The notes under the pieces: model-generated
What the model was told of the DNA's origin: nothing
What the model saw: only the letters and a program-made list of their open reading frames with translations
The model's database searches: none
Made by a program: the position numbers and the translations under genes
In this document: piece by piece, positions 23,885 through 38,000 of the stretch
Layout: every line of letters begins with the position of its first letter
How positions within the stretch are numbered: position 1 is the first letter of the stretch
DNA from: Balanoglossus misakiensis
Taxonomy: Eukaryota > Animalia > Hemichordata
DNA length: 64,000 nucleotides
Direction of reading: 5' to 3'
NCBI GenBank assembly: GCA_040954595.2
Contig: CM082579.2
Location: 5,631,625-5,695,624 of the forward strand

Positions 23885-26800
23885 ACTCTTTTGAAATAAG
23901 AACTAGTGGTTTTATAGCGTACGGTGTTGAGCTACCAGACAGTGGCGTAATAACGGATAGCATGTGGTTTCTAATTGGACAGTAGTGACTGGCTGTGTTT
24001 TGGAAAGTCAACACAGACATGTATGCTTTTCAAACACCTGTGCTACTTCTAGTACAGTGGCCCACCACAATAGCAAATATTTGACATCTTTTTCAAAGTT
24101 TAAAGTCAATTACTTCATCAAATTAGCTGGAGTCAATTAACCGCGACATAAAGGCATGTTGCAGTCCAACTGTTGAATTGGAATTTTCAAAGATCTATTG
24201 ACTTTGTGGTGAGTCAAGAATTTGCTCATTGTTTGTGCAAACTTTCCTTGTGAGCTGAATGTCTGATTTCCGTTGCTTGTAGTATTGACTCCAGGTGGGT
24301 ATTTTAGTGGACTATGGTAACTCAAATATTTTATTGTGCTATTCACCGCCGTTGAGAGGCCAATATGTGATTTTTGTTTAAAATTCTTATTTTTTTGTCA
24401 TTTTCATGTCACTTCCTAGAAGTATAAATTTAACTTTTGATGATGAATCATGAAGATTGCAGATGACGATTTGTTGATTGACAGCTGTGATGAGCAATAA
24501 CTCTTGGCACAAAATTTCACGAGAACAGAAAGTTCAATTGTGAAAATCAAAATTCTTGACTTTTCTGTGAAAATTTATTGATGTTTTGTTTTCGCCAACT
24601 GGCTTTAGAGTTAAACTTGACCAAGCTGGCACCCATCAAAACGTCATCAGCATATTTCTTGATGATTCGGTAGAACTGAACATACATGTACATGTATATT
24701 TAGAAATAGGAAATGGAGTACTTGCTCTCTAAGCTACAAATTCAAGACGGGTTAATTACCACATACTGTTACATTTGTGGTCTGACCACAGTAAATATTT
24801 GTATTGTTCTTTGAATCGGTCACTGTAACAATTGCAAGTTGATGACACCTTAGTATAGTAACCAGTCACATGTCTTCCTTTGTTATTCAGAGTCAAACCT
24901 TTGTTGTTGTAAACACAAGTATTTGTTGCTTGTTGAAGAGTTGGTGAGCAATTAGAGCATTGCCACTGGTGTTCTTTTTCATGATGGAGTGTATGAGTCA
25001 AGATGAGACATTGTTTGGGTGTTTTGCTGTCATGGTGTCCATATACCCAACTTGGTATCAAAGTTTTGGTCAAGTTTTAGTTTAGACATGCAGTGAAGAA
25101 ATTACAAGGGGATGGATTAATGCACAGGTATCGCATGTTAAGATTCAGAGTGCTTTAATCTATACCACTGACACAGTTCAACACAGTTCATGGAAGGTAC
25201 ATTGCTTAGTGATCTGTGACAGAATTATCGTCCCCATGGATATGTTGTACCTAGGTGTATCTGTGCATGAAGACATCAGATCGGTGGGTGGTTATGCAAT
25301 ACTGGCAGCATTGATGTGGTAATCGCCAGGGTTGTGCCACTGGCCATAAAACGTATGGGTTGTTCTGCTATCGTGATATGACCCGAGACGTCAAGCCTTT
25401 TCAGGAGTCGTGTACAAGCCGATCAGCTTTAACTCTCTTGAAAGAAATTCCACCAAAGGTGATGGACTCAATGGATGCTGTCAGAACCACTCGACTGGAA
25501 AACTTAGAAAATTCTCAGTGTAAAAGGAAACGCAGTGTTCCATGATGTCTTATCTAGCATATTGTCGGAAAACAGATCTAAACTGTATAGGTCTACAAAT
25601 GTTATACGCAAAATGTGGCATGAGAATGTTATGAGTACTTGCAATAGCACGTCACTCATGTGTATAGTCACTTAAGTATCTGTCATACCTATATACGATT
25701 AAAATGAAAGCCCTATAGGCAAAACGTTCATTCTAATGGCTTGAGAGCCTACAATAAGCCCTTTTCATAACTTGCCAGACCGGTGTTGCTGACTCTGAGA
25801 TATAGTTGCCAGGTTTTCATTTGGTTTGCAAGTTTCACGATGTAATTTTCTGTTGTAGGGTATTTGTGCAGTTACCGATTACCAGTATATACCCACGAAG
25901 GACCATGCTGACTGTAAAATATATCCTCCGTTTTTAAAAGGGTCTGACCATTTTAGTCGCAGGGAGAGCAGGTGGCGAGAATCTGTAGCATTCCAAAAGT
26001 GCATGGGGTCCTTATGTCTTGTGAAGAAAACTTGAAATCCAAAATTAGACTTAAAGATGTATGTATGTAATATTGCGGGAATGTTTGTTGAGTGAAATTT
26101 TCCTTTGAACAAGTAAATCAATGGGTTGACCATGTGTGGCTGGCTCTCTCCGGTGTTTTGGTTCGTCAGTATCGTCACAATAGAATCGGCAAGGACTATG
26201 TCATAAGCCACAGCAGGACCGGGATCATCCTTTTCTATACAAACTCAATGATCAATTTAAATGACAATAAAGCAAACAGATACTGGTGGAATTGGGGGTG
26301 GATTGGCCTACTTTGTTTTTTAAAATTTGTTACCATTCGTGACTGGGTCCGCCAACAAATGTCTTCCGTTATTTCTGAGTTGGGCGAAGTCAAAATGGAT
26401 TTCGTTTGAGTTTGCCTGTTATATCGGTCCTGTTAATGCTGGTATAGTTTACCCACTGGGTGGTTAATAACGACAGCAGTCTTCTGGTAAATGACAGGTA
26501 CGTTGGTTGTTTTATTCCCAACAGAAAGTCCTGTGGTTATTGTACTAGACAGTTTCAACAATCCAGTAGTGTTTAATTTGAAAAACACACAAGGATCTCT
26601 TTGCATGAATGGGTGCAAGTTACTTCACAAACTCGAGAAAAAGTGTGTCTGCGTGTGAGTATTTGTACACTATTAATAGTGTTTGTTCCGAAAAGGCAAT
26701 TGTGTGACCCACGGAGTTGTGCGGTGTGATGAAATATTAATATTTACCAGCGCCAGGAAGATAATTAGTTTTAACATCCCTGAGGCTACAAAATTTCAGG

Positions 26801-29800
26801 ACTGGGCACAATGAAAAAAAATTATCAATATTTTAGCAGAAATATGTTCACTCCCATTTTAAATGTTAATTCACATTGGTGTATAACCAGATGTCATCTG
26901 TAATATTCCCCAGTGAAAACTGCCAGTATTAACTGGGCCACACCATAGTCAGAGTGCTATTAATCCTACTGTTGTGAATGTGTTATGTCCCTATAAGTTT
27001 CATGAAATACATTGAATTGAGACTTTAGAACACATGTTACCAATTCAACTGTTTGGATTGAGAGCAACTCCCCCACCCATGTTGAGTCACAGCATTTAAT
27101 ACACAGTGTCACTCAGAGACTGAAGTATTAAAAGGGGTCATTCCACCTAAACACACAACCAAGTGTTTTTACTGGTACAATCGAAGGTGAGTGTTGTTTG
27201 TGGATTTCAATCTAAAAATTGTTTAAAATAATTGAAAGGTTATTACATTATGGAATGTGGAGGTACCAGTATCACATTTTGTTTGACTCTGTATTAAAAC
27301 ATGCAAAATCCTAAAAATTAGTCTGGGGTTTCTTAATGGTTTACAGAATATTCATTTCAATATACCCGGTAATGAAATTAGATTTTTTAGTTATGTAATA
27401 TAGACCCAAGGGACAGTGAAATACTACATGTAACTCATTTCATCCGTCAGATTCAAAGCTCGTACTCTACAGTGTGTACAATTGTATCATTCTAATGAAT
27501 GCTGCGATTGGCTGTTTGATAACCACCTGTTAGATCAGAAGTGACCAATGAAAACATGCCTGTAGATTTTGCCAATCTATTTGGCTCTCTCTGGAAGAAT
27601 TACTTCTGAAGTGTTTGCCCCGGAGCTGCATATCCTGTCAATATGCCATAAAAACTCACATAATATTCAGATTGTATATTAAATGATGAGCTACATGTAA
27701 TTGTCTGCCTTGCCACTTGTTACAATGTAAATGTCTATCTAGCAGAAGACTAATGTACTAAAAAATACTATTCAAAGTTAAGTTACATGTGTGTCTATAA
27801 CCTATAATGTATACTGTCTCTCTGAACATAGGTCAGTGACCATATCTCACACTTGCTGAAGAACTCGGTCTCGCTTGAATAATTCAGAGGTCTCGCAGAG
27901 CTCGCTTTTCTGTGTGTAAATCCCCTGTTGAGATCAATATGTTGTCACTGCCATTGTGATGTGGAGTGATCGACCCTTCAGTGGATATCTGCATGTAACA
28001 GTGCAGTGTGTGAATGTAACAATGGGTGCTTTATTGATGGTCTGCTGGTACCTGTAGATTGCTTTTCGAGCTTCCCTCACGATATTCGCTCCACTTTAGT
28101 GGTGATTTGGGTCTCAACCAGTCCTATGCTTTATAGACCTGTATGTGTAGTGTACTGTAGTGTCTAAACTGCATAATACCTCACAGTGATTAAAACACTG
28201 TTTCAAGTGTCCTCCCCAGGAATTTTTGATAGCATAGTAATGGTAAATTTGCACAACCTTGAAAGTAATTGTTTCATTAACATGTTCTTATTGTTTTCCA
28301 AAACTTAAAGAGCAACGGCAAGTACGCTTTAACTATTCTGGGGTCAGTTTCAGATTGGCTTCCAAGTAAAACAAGAACCAGCCATCACCGTGGTTCTTGA
28401 TTTACAAAATTGTTTGTGCTTTTCTGAACAGATTTGGCATGTTCCTCTAATATGACATCCCGCACTGTTTGCTTTAATTACAGTTATCCATCAACACCCT
28501 TCATGCCAGTGTTTAATTCATACAAACATCATCATGACAATTTAAACCAAATGGGAAATTTTCTCATTGATTTTTCTTTACTAATTAAAGACGGGTGTAC
28601 TATTAGACAGTCTTTGATTGTTTTTTTCCAAATTGCCTATAAAATTTATAATTGTCATGATATTTGTATTTGTTTTGAGTAATTTGCCCCATGTTTGATG
28701 CTTTCACAGATCTTGTTAAATGGTTCTGTAACTGTTACAGAAAAAAAAAATGCAAGCAAACAGGAAAGAGGAGGCTTTTATGCCACTGGTTTCCCATTAA
28801 GTAACCCCATTTACGAAGTATGCAAAGTAACACGTAGGGAATTTAAAAAAAAAAAGCCAACTCTTCCACGAAGACCTGTTATCCGCAAATGGAAAATTAA
28901 TTGAGTTTGGCTGAATTCGTTCGTTGATCAAATATGAAACGCGAAGAAGTCGTCGACCTTGCATGGCTCCTCGTGAGCACGCAGTTTCAATGGACGCCGC
29001 TGTTTTTGCCGTAATGGGATTTTATTTTCGCAATATCAGCCGCCAGCTTGTACTTAATGTTTGCCTGTCAGTTCTAATAGTTGGGTTAGGCCAGGACAGC
29101 CTTTGATATTTTGTTCGGCCATTTTATCAATCACTTAATAAATAGTGATATTTCTTCACTTGAAATGCAATGTTGGTCTGTTCTCTGAGACATGGACTAA
29201 CACTTCTCTAGAAAATGTCTAAATAAGGTCAGGGGACAAAAAAGCTGTTTTTTTGAATTGCCAGTTTTCCGATTTTGAAATTTTTTATTGATTGAAAAAT
29301 GCCACATTGCATTTTCTGAGTTATGGTCGATGGATTTCTTTATAACCATTTACATTAAAGACTTGAACTGTGACCTTTCCTTATTTAATTATCCAGTCAA
29401 TAAATCTATAGAAAATAGTATTTTGTGTTTGCTTCTATCCCATTGATATAACTAGACACACGTCATAAAATAATTGCTCTAAATTTTATTCGATATGAAT
29501 TTTTTTTTCCTGTGGTGTAATTGCCAAATATCTGAAAGAGTAAAAATTCACATTCTCATATTCATTATGCATTTTCAACACAAAATTTATTACATTTCTG
29601 GCATCTTGACTTGCATATAAGATCTCGTAATGGGAGATACCAGTTACCATGGAAATCGCTCAGTGCCATTGCATTATTTATTGATGCAATCTATAATTTA
29701 CAGATATATGCAGAATTGCATGAGTGAACAAAATGTTCCAAATTTTTATTTTTTTTATTGTGGAGTTAATGGTGGAACACGTTTCTTTTGTTATGTGGTA

Positions 29801-32800
29801 GGTACTTAAAATCTTCTAAATCTAAAAATAATTGGTGAACTGATGGGACATGATGCTTCAGTGTTGCGTTGGTAATTGACTGTGAGCACTGCTGTATCAT
29901 CAGAGTGCTTAACACAGTCATTGAGACGACACACTTTACCAGCAAACTAATCAGTTCTTCAGGAGCGTTTAAGAAAGATCTGAAAATCTCACAATGCGGT
30001 CAATGGACTGCGAAAAGATTAATGGCTGGGTGTACGTGCACCTGACGTCACGCTTGCGACCGTAAATTATTTTAAGAAAGACGTTTTTTTTTTGCAGAAT
30101 GCCCTCTTGAGTTTGTATTGTTTTGTGAGGAGCAGGCTTTGGTGACTGCGTTTCCTATGTGTGTGCGTCACCCACGTCCATCCCATCACTAGTTTCCCAT
30201 ATTGGAGTCCCTGTAGATTATAATTTTTTGCTTATTTGAGTTGACAATAGTTTTTAAATCGTTACTGTGTCAGTAATATCTAAATGTCGTTTTGGTTGAT
30301 GATTTTTATTGAAATGCTTCACATTATAGGTAGAACTTGAAAAAATAATTACAGAGACACTTATACGCACATTCAGTGATGAAATCAAAAAAATAAATTA
30401 TGGGTTAGGGTAACGTACTGTACAGGTGAACCTGTAATGATCAAATAAACACAAAAGAATTTATCAAATCTAATAAGTATCAAGCCAATATTACTCAATG
30501 ACTGTGACATTGATGAAATTAATCCACAACTAAAAATCTGTATCAATCACACTCCCCTGTCAAAAATCAGGCCTGAGTTTGTATCATAATTGAATCGCCC
30601 GGCTGAAATGTTCTCCAGAAAAGCTTTTAACCGTTCTAGGAGAAGTGGTGGCTTACTATTTGTTCATCAATTAAGTTGCAACTTACTGTCACAACCTGAA
30701 TTGCCCTCTGCAAACACATCTTCTGAATTGATTCAATTAAAGTTCAACCAGCCTACTAGATTGGGCCGGTTTCCTGTCATGTGACACTGTCGTGTGACGT
30801 TCGCTCTGAAAAGTCATTTTCCAAAATAAGCGATTGGATAATTATGTATTATCTCTACATTCAAGACTGAGTTTGAGAGATTGACGAGTTTGTACCTGGT
30901 TTGGAAAAAAATTCCAAAAATAGCCAAGAGAAAATAATTAGTAGATAAGGATATATGTTGTAGCCCCAGGACAGAGAACAGGTAGCATTCATAAACACAG
31001 CTAGGGACATGATGAATTGTGTTTTCTATGACGGTCGCTCACAGATCTCAATAGTGTGTTCATATCCGTCTCTGCGTGTCTCATGTGCCGCAAAGAATGA
31101 ATCCAAGAATAGCCTTTCAGGTCATTGTGACATGAGAGAATTTCGTTTTGAGTTGTAACCGCATAGTTCAGTTCAGGTTAGCTTTTAAATGTCACAAGTT
31201 TTTTCTATATCACTGGTACATGTACATGTATATGACTGTCCGTGGTAGTAAAGTCAGTTTTATGTTTTGTTAGCTCGCATGTTTCTGAGGTGATTGAAAC
31301 ATAAAATTTGTGTGTTAATTTTGAAGAAGAAAATTTAAGTTTTTTCCATAGTGTGTTTCCATGACAACTGTAGCTTTCAAATTCAGTTGCATGTATATTG
31401 TGGTAACATACAACCTGGGGAAAAAACAACTTGTATTAAACCTTTAGTCAACCTTTCAGAATCAGTTTTGGAGAAAAGCTGTATCCAAATTCACAAAACT
31501 AGACAGGAACTAGAGTCCATTACCAGCGATAGCTTTCCATTTCCACCAAGGTCACCTCTGAGTTTTACAAGACTTGCAGTCTTAAGTGATTTCCCATCAT
31601 TCTAACAGGTTCTGGCTTTTTTTTGGAACGCAGCAGGAAGCTTTCATGATAATTTACACCAGGTTGGCGTGCGGTAAAGAGCGCTTTTGATCAACTCGGA
31701 GCTGAATAATTGCCATTCTCCGTACTGAGAGATGTACTGTAAAATTGGCAATTTCCAGCCTTAGGCGTTGTCGTTGAAGACAGAGTACATGGTCAGGTTT
31801 TTCTTTTACTGCTCAAAAGGGTATTTTTAATGAGAATAATGTGATGCATATGGGTTTTTGTCAAACAAGACAGTTGTTTGCTATTCGGTGATGGATGGTG
31901 GTGATTTAAACCAGTTCCGCAGTATACTGCAATATACTGCAATTATTTCGCTGCATTTGTAGATGTTTTCATTCTAGTACACCTGCAAGTATAAATAGTA
32001 GATAAGTGGCATAATCCAATACGTTTATTATTTTGAAACTTATGGTACATAAGTGGAAGATATCAGGTGAACTTCAGTTTTGTATCCCACGATACCAAAT
32101 GGCCTCTTTTCATTATCAGAATTACATGTATCTGATAGAAATGTTGACAAGGTGAATTTTTTATGGAAAATGGAAAAAGACTTTTAAGTTGAGCATTTCA
32201 CACGTCCACTGATGGATTGAGAAGGGTGCGTTTAATCCAGGATGGATGTCTTTTGGCACATCTTCACCCGACGATCGATTGTGAGCATGTCTGTGCTTGC
32301 AACCAGACATTTTTATTTAATATTTGTCTTCTATCTCAAAGGATTTTTCCAATAAGTTTACCTGATTAAATAAAGGTAAACAGAGGTTTGTTACATGTAG
32401 CTTCCATGGTAGCAGTCTTTATTTACTTACTGGTGTTGTTTTTGTATTGATTTTCAACTTGTGTCGATTAACCTGTTGATATACGAAGTATGTGTGATGT
32501 TGCTAGGAAGATTTTCATAGAGGTGGAAATTGGACAAGACAGTAGGGTACGAATTGGACAGCCCCGGCTCTGTCTTGAAATATGACAACCAGACACACTC
32601 ACTGTAATAATTTAAATTATTGATTGATTTCAATCTGTCTGAGAGATTATGCCTTAGTCATAATGAGAAAATCAGCTGATCCTTATCTGAGACCGGTGGA
32701 GAAATGCCATGGTAGTAACATAAACACCTGACTGGATCTGATTCAGTGATTGTGCAAAAACATATGACAGTTGTGTTGCAGAGATTGTCAATCACTCTGA

Positions 32801-35050
32801 ATAAGACATAATTTCACAGCTCTTATCCTATTGCCAAAGTGGTAACAGTAAATTCTTAATGCGTATCTTTTCTCTCGGTGCCGTGACAAACCAAATAAAA
32901 GGCGTAAGCTGCGCAGGAAACAGTTGTCAGGGGAGATGCGATAATGAATGCAATTTTGCTATAATTTCAGGAGAATTGATGCTGAATTAGCAGCGCAAAC
33001 AGTGATCATGAAAAGCCATGTTTTTATGGTTTTGTTCCTGTTGTAACAGAAAGGGCAAATCATTTGTGATTCAGGCCAGGCAAAAAGAAAATTCTTGATA
33101 TACTGACGTCAGGTGGAAAATTCCGAGGTGACTGAAGTACAACCTGTCAAGTTGTGTGTCTATATCTACATGTATATATGCAGTGCTACTCTGTGTCAGT
33201 GTGATGTAGACAAATTTAAAAAAAAACTTATTTCCTTTTACAGAAAATACAGTTGAGAAATACAAAATTGATTTAGCCACGATTTGCATGAAAAACTGAA
33301 AATTGAAATAGCATTTTTAGGTATAAACGCCACGAAACAAGACTTTTTCCAAGCCTGGCTCAGATTCAATGAACTAACCCAACAAACCACAGGGTACGAA
33401 CAAGAAAATGTGGCATTTCAATCAAGACAATAATCCCAATTGACCGGTGCAGCACCGCATGCTATATTTAGGTGGAAATGAATTGTGTCCGTTCACTTTT
33501 ACGCGAGCGTTTTTCTGGCAATTTATGGCTGCATTTCCCGTCTCCATTCAGTGGGTTTAAGTGGAGGAGGCTGCATGTCCTCTTCTGTGATTTGTCAGCC
33601 CTGTAATTGACTTCAAAGAATCTTTTGTGTGTGTAAATCGATGAATTAGCTAAGTGAAGAGAGCGCATTCACTGTCAGGATCATGCTCTGTCCTTGATTT
33701 CACGAAATTTCAGACGAAAAAATGACAATTGAAGGTGTTTCTTAATTTTTACTTTAAACTTAGACTTTACAGGTCAGTGTGCTTATATGAAACTTGTGAG
33801 TGAAGATTTAATTTAATTTAATTTAATTTAGTTTTCTCTGAAACTAAAAACATAACACAAGTGGGGAAAACGTATACTGGATAAGATCAATGGAGGAGAA
33901 AGATAAAGTTTTATCGTGGGCATTTTTCTGGGTAATAGCGTACACCCAAGTTGGTTTGGATTTAGATAATCGAGTTAAAAATATGGCAAACTGAAATGAT
34001 TCATGACGTAAAATATGATGAGAATGTTCTCGGGGCACTTGAAGATAGCTTGCCGACTGACCGGTGACTACCAGTTTTGATAATAAACCACTTTGTTCAT
34101 AGTTTTAATGGTGTTTTAATTTGTGTGTTGACTTCCTTTTGCTTAAATTGAGGACAGGTACCAGGAAACCAAAGCAAAAAAAAATTGACTGATTTGTATA
34201 GGCTAAACAATCAGGTTCAAGTATTTATCAGCTTTCAGATAAAGGGTCAATTACCAGGAGGAGTAAACTGTAGGGGCACCATGGGGGCATTCCTTTGTGG
34301 TGGTCTCTGACAGGGATCGCCATAAATCACTGAGCCGGGTTGGAACCACATCACTGGCAACGTGTCGGATAGAACCATTCTATTTTTAGGTGTGGGAGCT
34401 AGGAGGTACACGTACATTGTAACCCGCGGTCCTTACGGCTATCGGGGTGATTTATACCAATATGAGTCAACGATAGTACCGTCTTTTGTACTTGGTTTCA
34501 TCTTGTGTGTGCGTCAGTCATTGTTTACGTTTTAACAGTAATTGTTTGTATTTTTTTTTCTTTGGCCACAGAGTGAAAAAAAAGGGAATTATTGACCAAT
34601 TCACTGGATGAAAGAGGAGCGGTCGTTAATTGGCTGGAATGGCCTTCAGGCTTCACACCACAGCTTCAATGTGTATATAACCCCACATTGTATTCAGCAA
34701 AGAGACGTGTCCTCACAACCAAGGTCAAGTTCATTCATTTCCTTCTGAAATTTTGTTGTTGCAGAAACGCCAGTGAAGTGTGTCCTCTCGAGGTAACCTA
34801 TTACTCTAGCCAGCGTCGATCATCTCATCACTGAGACTTCCCAAGCGGTATTCAAGAAAGCCGAAACTGGTCCGCTCGCGCACACACACCCCTCGGGTCA
34901 ATGGTACAGTCCACGTGGTCTACCGAGTCAATTGGAGCGGGACAATCGGCCAATGAGATTAGAGGTAATCAGAGAAATATTTGTGGAAGCCTGTAATTGT
35001 GAACCAAGTACACAGACCTATATAAACATAGAGACCAGTGAGAGACAACC

Positions 35051-38000
35051 ATGTCTGTGTATACGGAGAACCGTTCCTCGTTCGGCCACCGGCAGCAGCG
35101 CAACACCACCACCGTCATGACGACGTCCACGTTGAACGGCATCAACCGGGCGGACTCCATGCCCATCGCCGTGCTGAAGGAGAAGGACGTGGTGGTCGGG
35201 GTGCAGAACTTCCAGCAGGAGAACGGCGGGGAGCAGCGGCGCACGCAAAGTTTCCAGCACATCTCCCCTCCCAACGGCGGCGGGCGGGAGGCGAACCACG
35301 GGATCTATCTCTACGCCAGCCAGCTGTTCGCCAGCCTGAAGCCCCGGATCAAGTCGGAGCGGCTGTCCGACTCCGACACCTGGTGTCTGGACGCCAAGCC
35401 CCCGCAGATCCCGGCCGAGGACGAGAAGTACAGGCGGCATGTCTATGATCTGGCTTTTGCCACACTTAAATGTGAGTACTTCATTCATTCTTAAATGCTG
35501 CACTCACTGTCTTCGGATGATTCAGCCAACAGAGTAAAAATACTTTTCCTGGTTACAGGGAACGCGTGCAAGTCAGAAAAAAAAGTACATTAACCACAAA
35601 AACTTGACAACGTCAAAATTTCACTGGTATCTTTTCCAATTGCGATTAATCCGGTGGATCGAGATTCAATATTGGGAATGAAGTTTCAATGAGAAATGTT
35701 TGCCGTCACAGAAAATCCGTCACACCCAGTAGACACGCACATTCTTCGAGCGTGGTACCAACTCTAAGATGGAGTGTTTGCTGATAATAATAGAAATGGA
35801 GCCCGACATGAGCTTATCTCCGCAAGTTTAAATAGTGTATGTTGAAGCTTTGCAGTCTGGTTTCTGCATGTCACCGGTGTTAAGGACTATATTGAGAGTA
35901 TGACTTAATTATACAACGATGCATGCAGGCCTAAACTGTTTGTGGGATTTTCTAACTGTCGGCTTGCTTGCGTGTGAGCCAGTGCGCCATGTGAATGTTT
36001 GAGCGGGTTTGGAATTACATTGACTGTAAACAAGAGTTCAGTGGGGTGGTTTCCACCCAGCGTGTAATAGGAATCTGTCACCTTATTGTATGAGGGTAAA
36101 CGGGGAGGGTTTCTGAATGGGCCGGTCCGCGACCCCGGTGATTGACCCGACGCAAATTTACGACACGTTGACAGCCGAGTAAAAATTTCCACTTTCCATA
36201 CAACTGTCGAAATAAAAATTAAACGGGTGTCAAAAATTAGACAACCCGAAGAGCAAAATAGGAGTGGCCGCTTTCACTTTTGACAGCCTACTCAAGATTT
36301 TATGAGCATTTTTTTCCCTGCTGAAAAAAGACCACAGGTAAAACAAAGTAATTATCGTCATTTCACGAGTTTGAACTCTTCATTCTTGGCGTCACTATTA
36401 AGTTTCCCCATCTGAATGAACGCGTTTGTGTCCGCGATTGTCAACTTTAACTGGCACACAAAGGGAGAACCTAAACTGGGGGATAAAATCCCGTTGTCCG
36501 ATTGTCCGCTGTGAGGTTCGAACTGTCAAGCAGAACTGAATGGAAGTGGCGGTGTGTGACTGGATTTTCCCCCGTGACGAGGCAACACTTCATTGTACAG
36601 ATCGGTGTAATCTTGATAGCCAGTCAGATCAGTACGTTAATAATAGCGTCAGCATTTCTTTGCTGTGATTCTAATTAAGATATTCTCCCTATGTCTTTCT
36701 GTTGTTAACGGCAAGGCTGAAAATACGCAGCCCTGAAGTTAGGCCACTGATATCAGGGATGTGTTTAGCTCACGTGAGTTCCAATCCATTCACACTGTCA
36801 AATCTTAATTAAATTTAAACTCATCACCCATCAAGGTAACCACCTCTAATAAGATCAGAGGTGCTGTAGCAAACCAAATTTGGTATTTCATAATCCTGAC
36901 AACAAAATAAATCAAGGGGTATATGTAACCAACTTGGTTGCTAGGGTAAATCCACCATTTTGAGACCCCCATTTTAAGAATTTTAAGATAAAATGTCCTA
37001 TCCTGTGAATTATCTCCAAAGGGTTTAAAATGATCTGAGATACTGGTTACAAGATATCTTGAAAAACTAGGAGAAGACGACAATCTTTTAAAAATAAGTC
37101 AGTACATAACAGGCTTTTCGTTCAACATAAGGATTTAAAGAATTTAAATTACTAATACACTGGGATTTACTGTGAAACCAGATTCTGTAATTTACGATTG
37201 CATTGTGTTTTTTTCGGTCACCATGTCACTACATTGGCATTTGTTGGCCAGTATTTTTGGGCTTTCTTCCTTTTTGTTCATTGGGGAGATATCACATATT
37301 GTGCTTTAAATATTTGAACAGAAAAATTACTACACACCTGCCCTACAAAACCGCCCCAAAATACTTTTACAAACAATTCACATAGTTTGTGAAGAGTTAA
37401 TAAGTTTTGCGGAAATGAATTTTGCATTTTGGAAAAAAAAAACAGATTTGCGCGCTGTATTGTGAGGAAAGATAGTGTCACTGGGGTGACGTATGCATTA
37501 ACACACGCAAGTGTTGACTATTGTTTGTTGTGGAGATATTGACTCATCAGTCACTCAGAATGTATTGTTCAGAAAACAACACAAGGAACGGCAACATACC
37601 TGTGACCTTGTAAACATCCGCCTATTATAAAACAGTGTCAAAGTCAATTCCTGGGAACCAGGCAAAGTTTTTCCTTGTCTGACGGAACTTTCTAGAGAGA
37701 CTTTGGGAATTTTGGCCGTTTTGTCCACATTATCCCTTTCACCCCATTTACAGTTAAGAAGTCCATCTTTATCTTAGAAAACAATGGATCATGGACCAAA
37801 CCATGGTGGTGAAAGGGTTAAAGGTAGTAACCATAGACAGGGTTCTCAACTTCAGCCGAGTTTCAGTCTGGGACAATACGCCATTCAGCGCAAGTTTTTT
37901 TTTTAATGTTTACTGTATACAGAATACCGGTGGAGTCCCACGTACGTCATTGTGTACGGAATTGTTGTTTCCACTAAACAGCTGTCGTCAGCTTTGCGTA

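Noticed and set aside
34969-35503. Antisense and alternative-frame ORFs over the first NSUN7 coding exon
   Set aside because: Shadow frames of a GC-rich exon.
36510-36530. GGTTCGAAC B-box as a tRNA or SINE
   Set aside because: No A-box or cloverleaf pairing around it.
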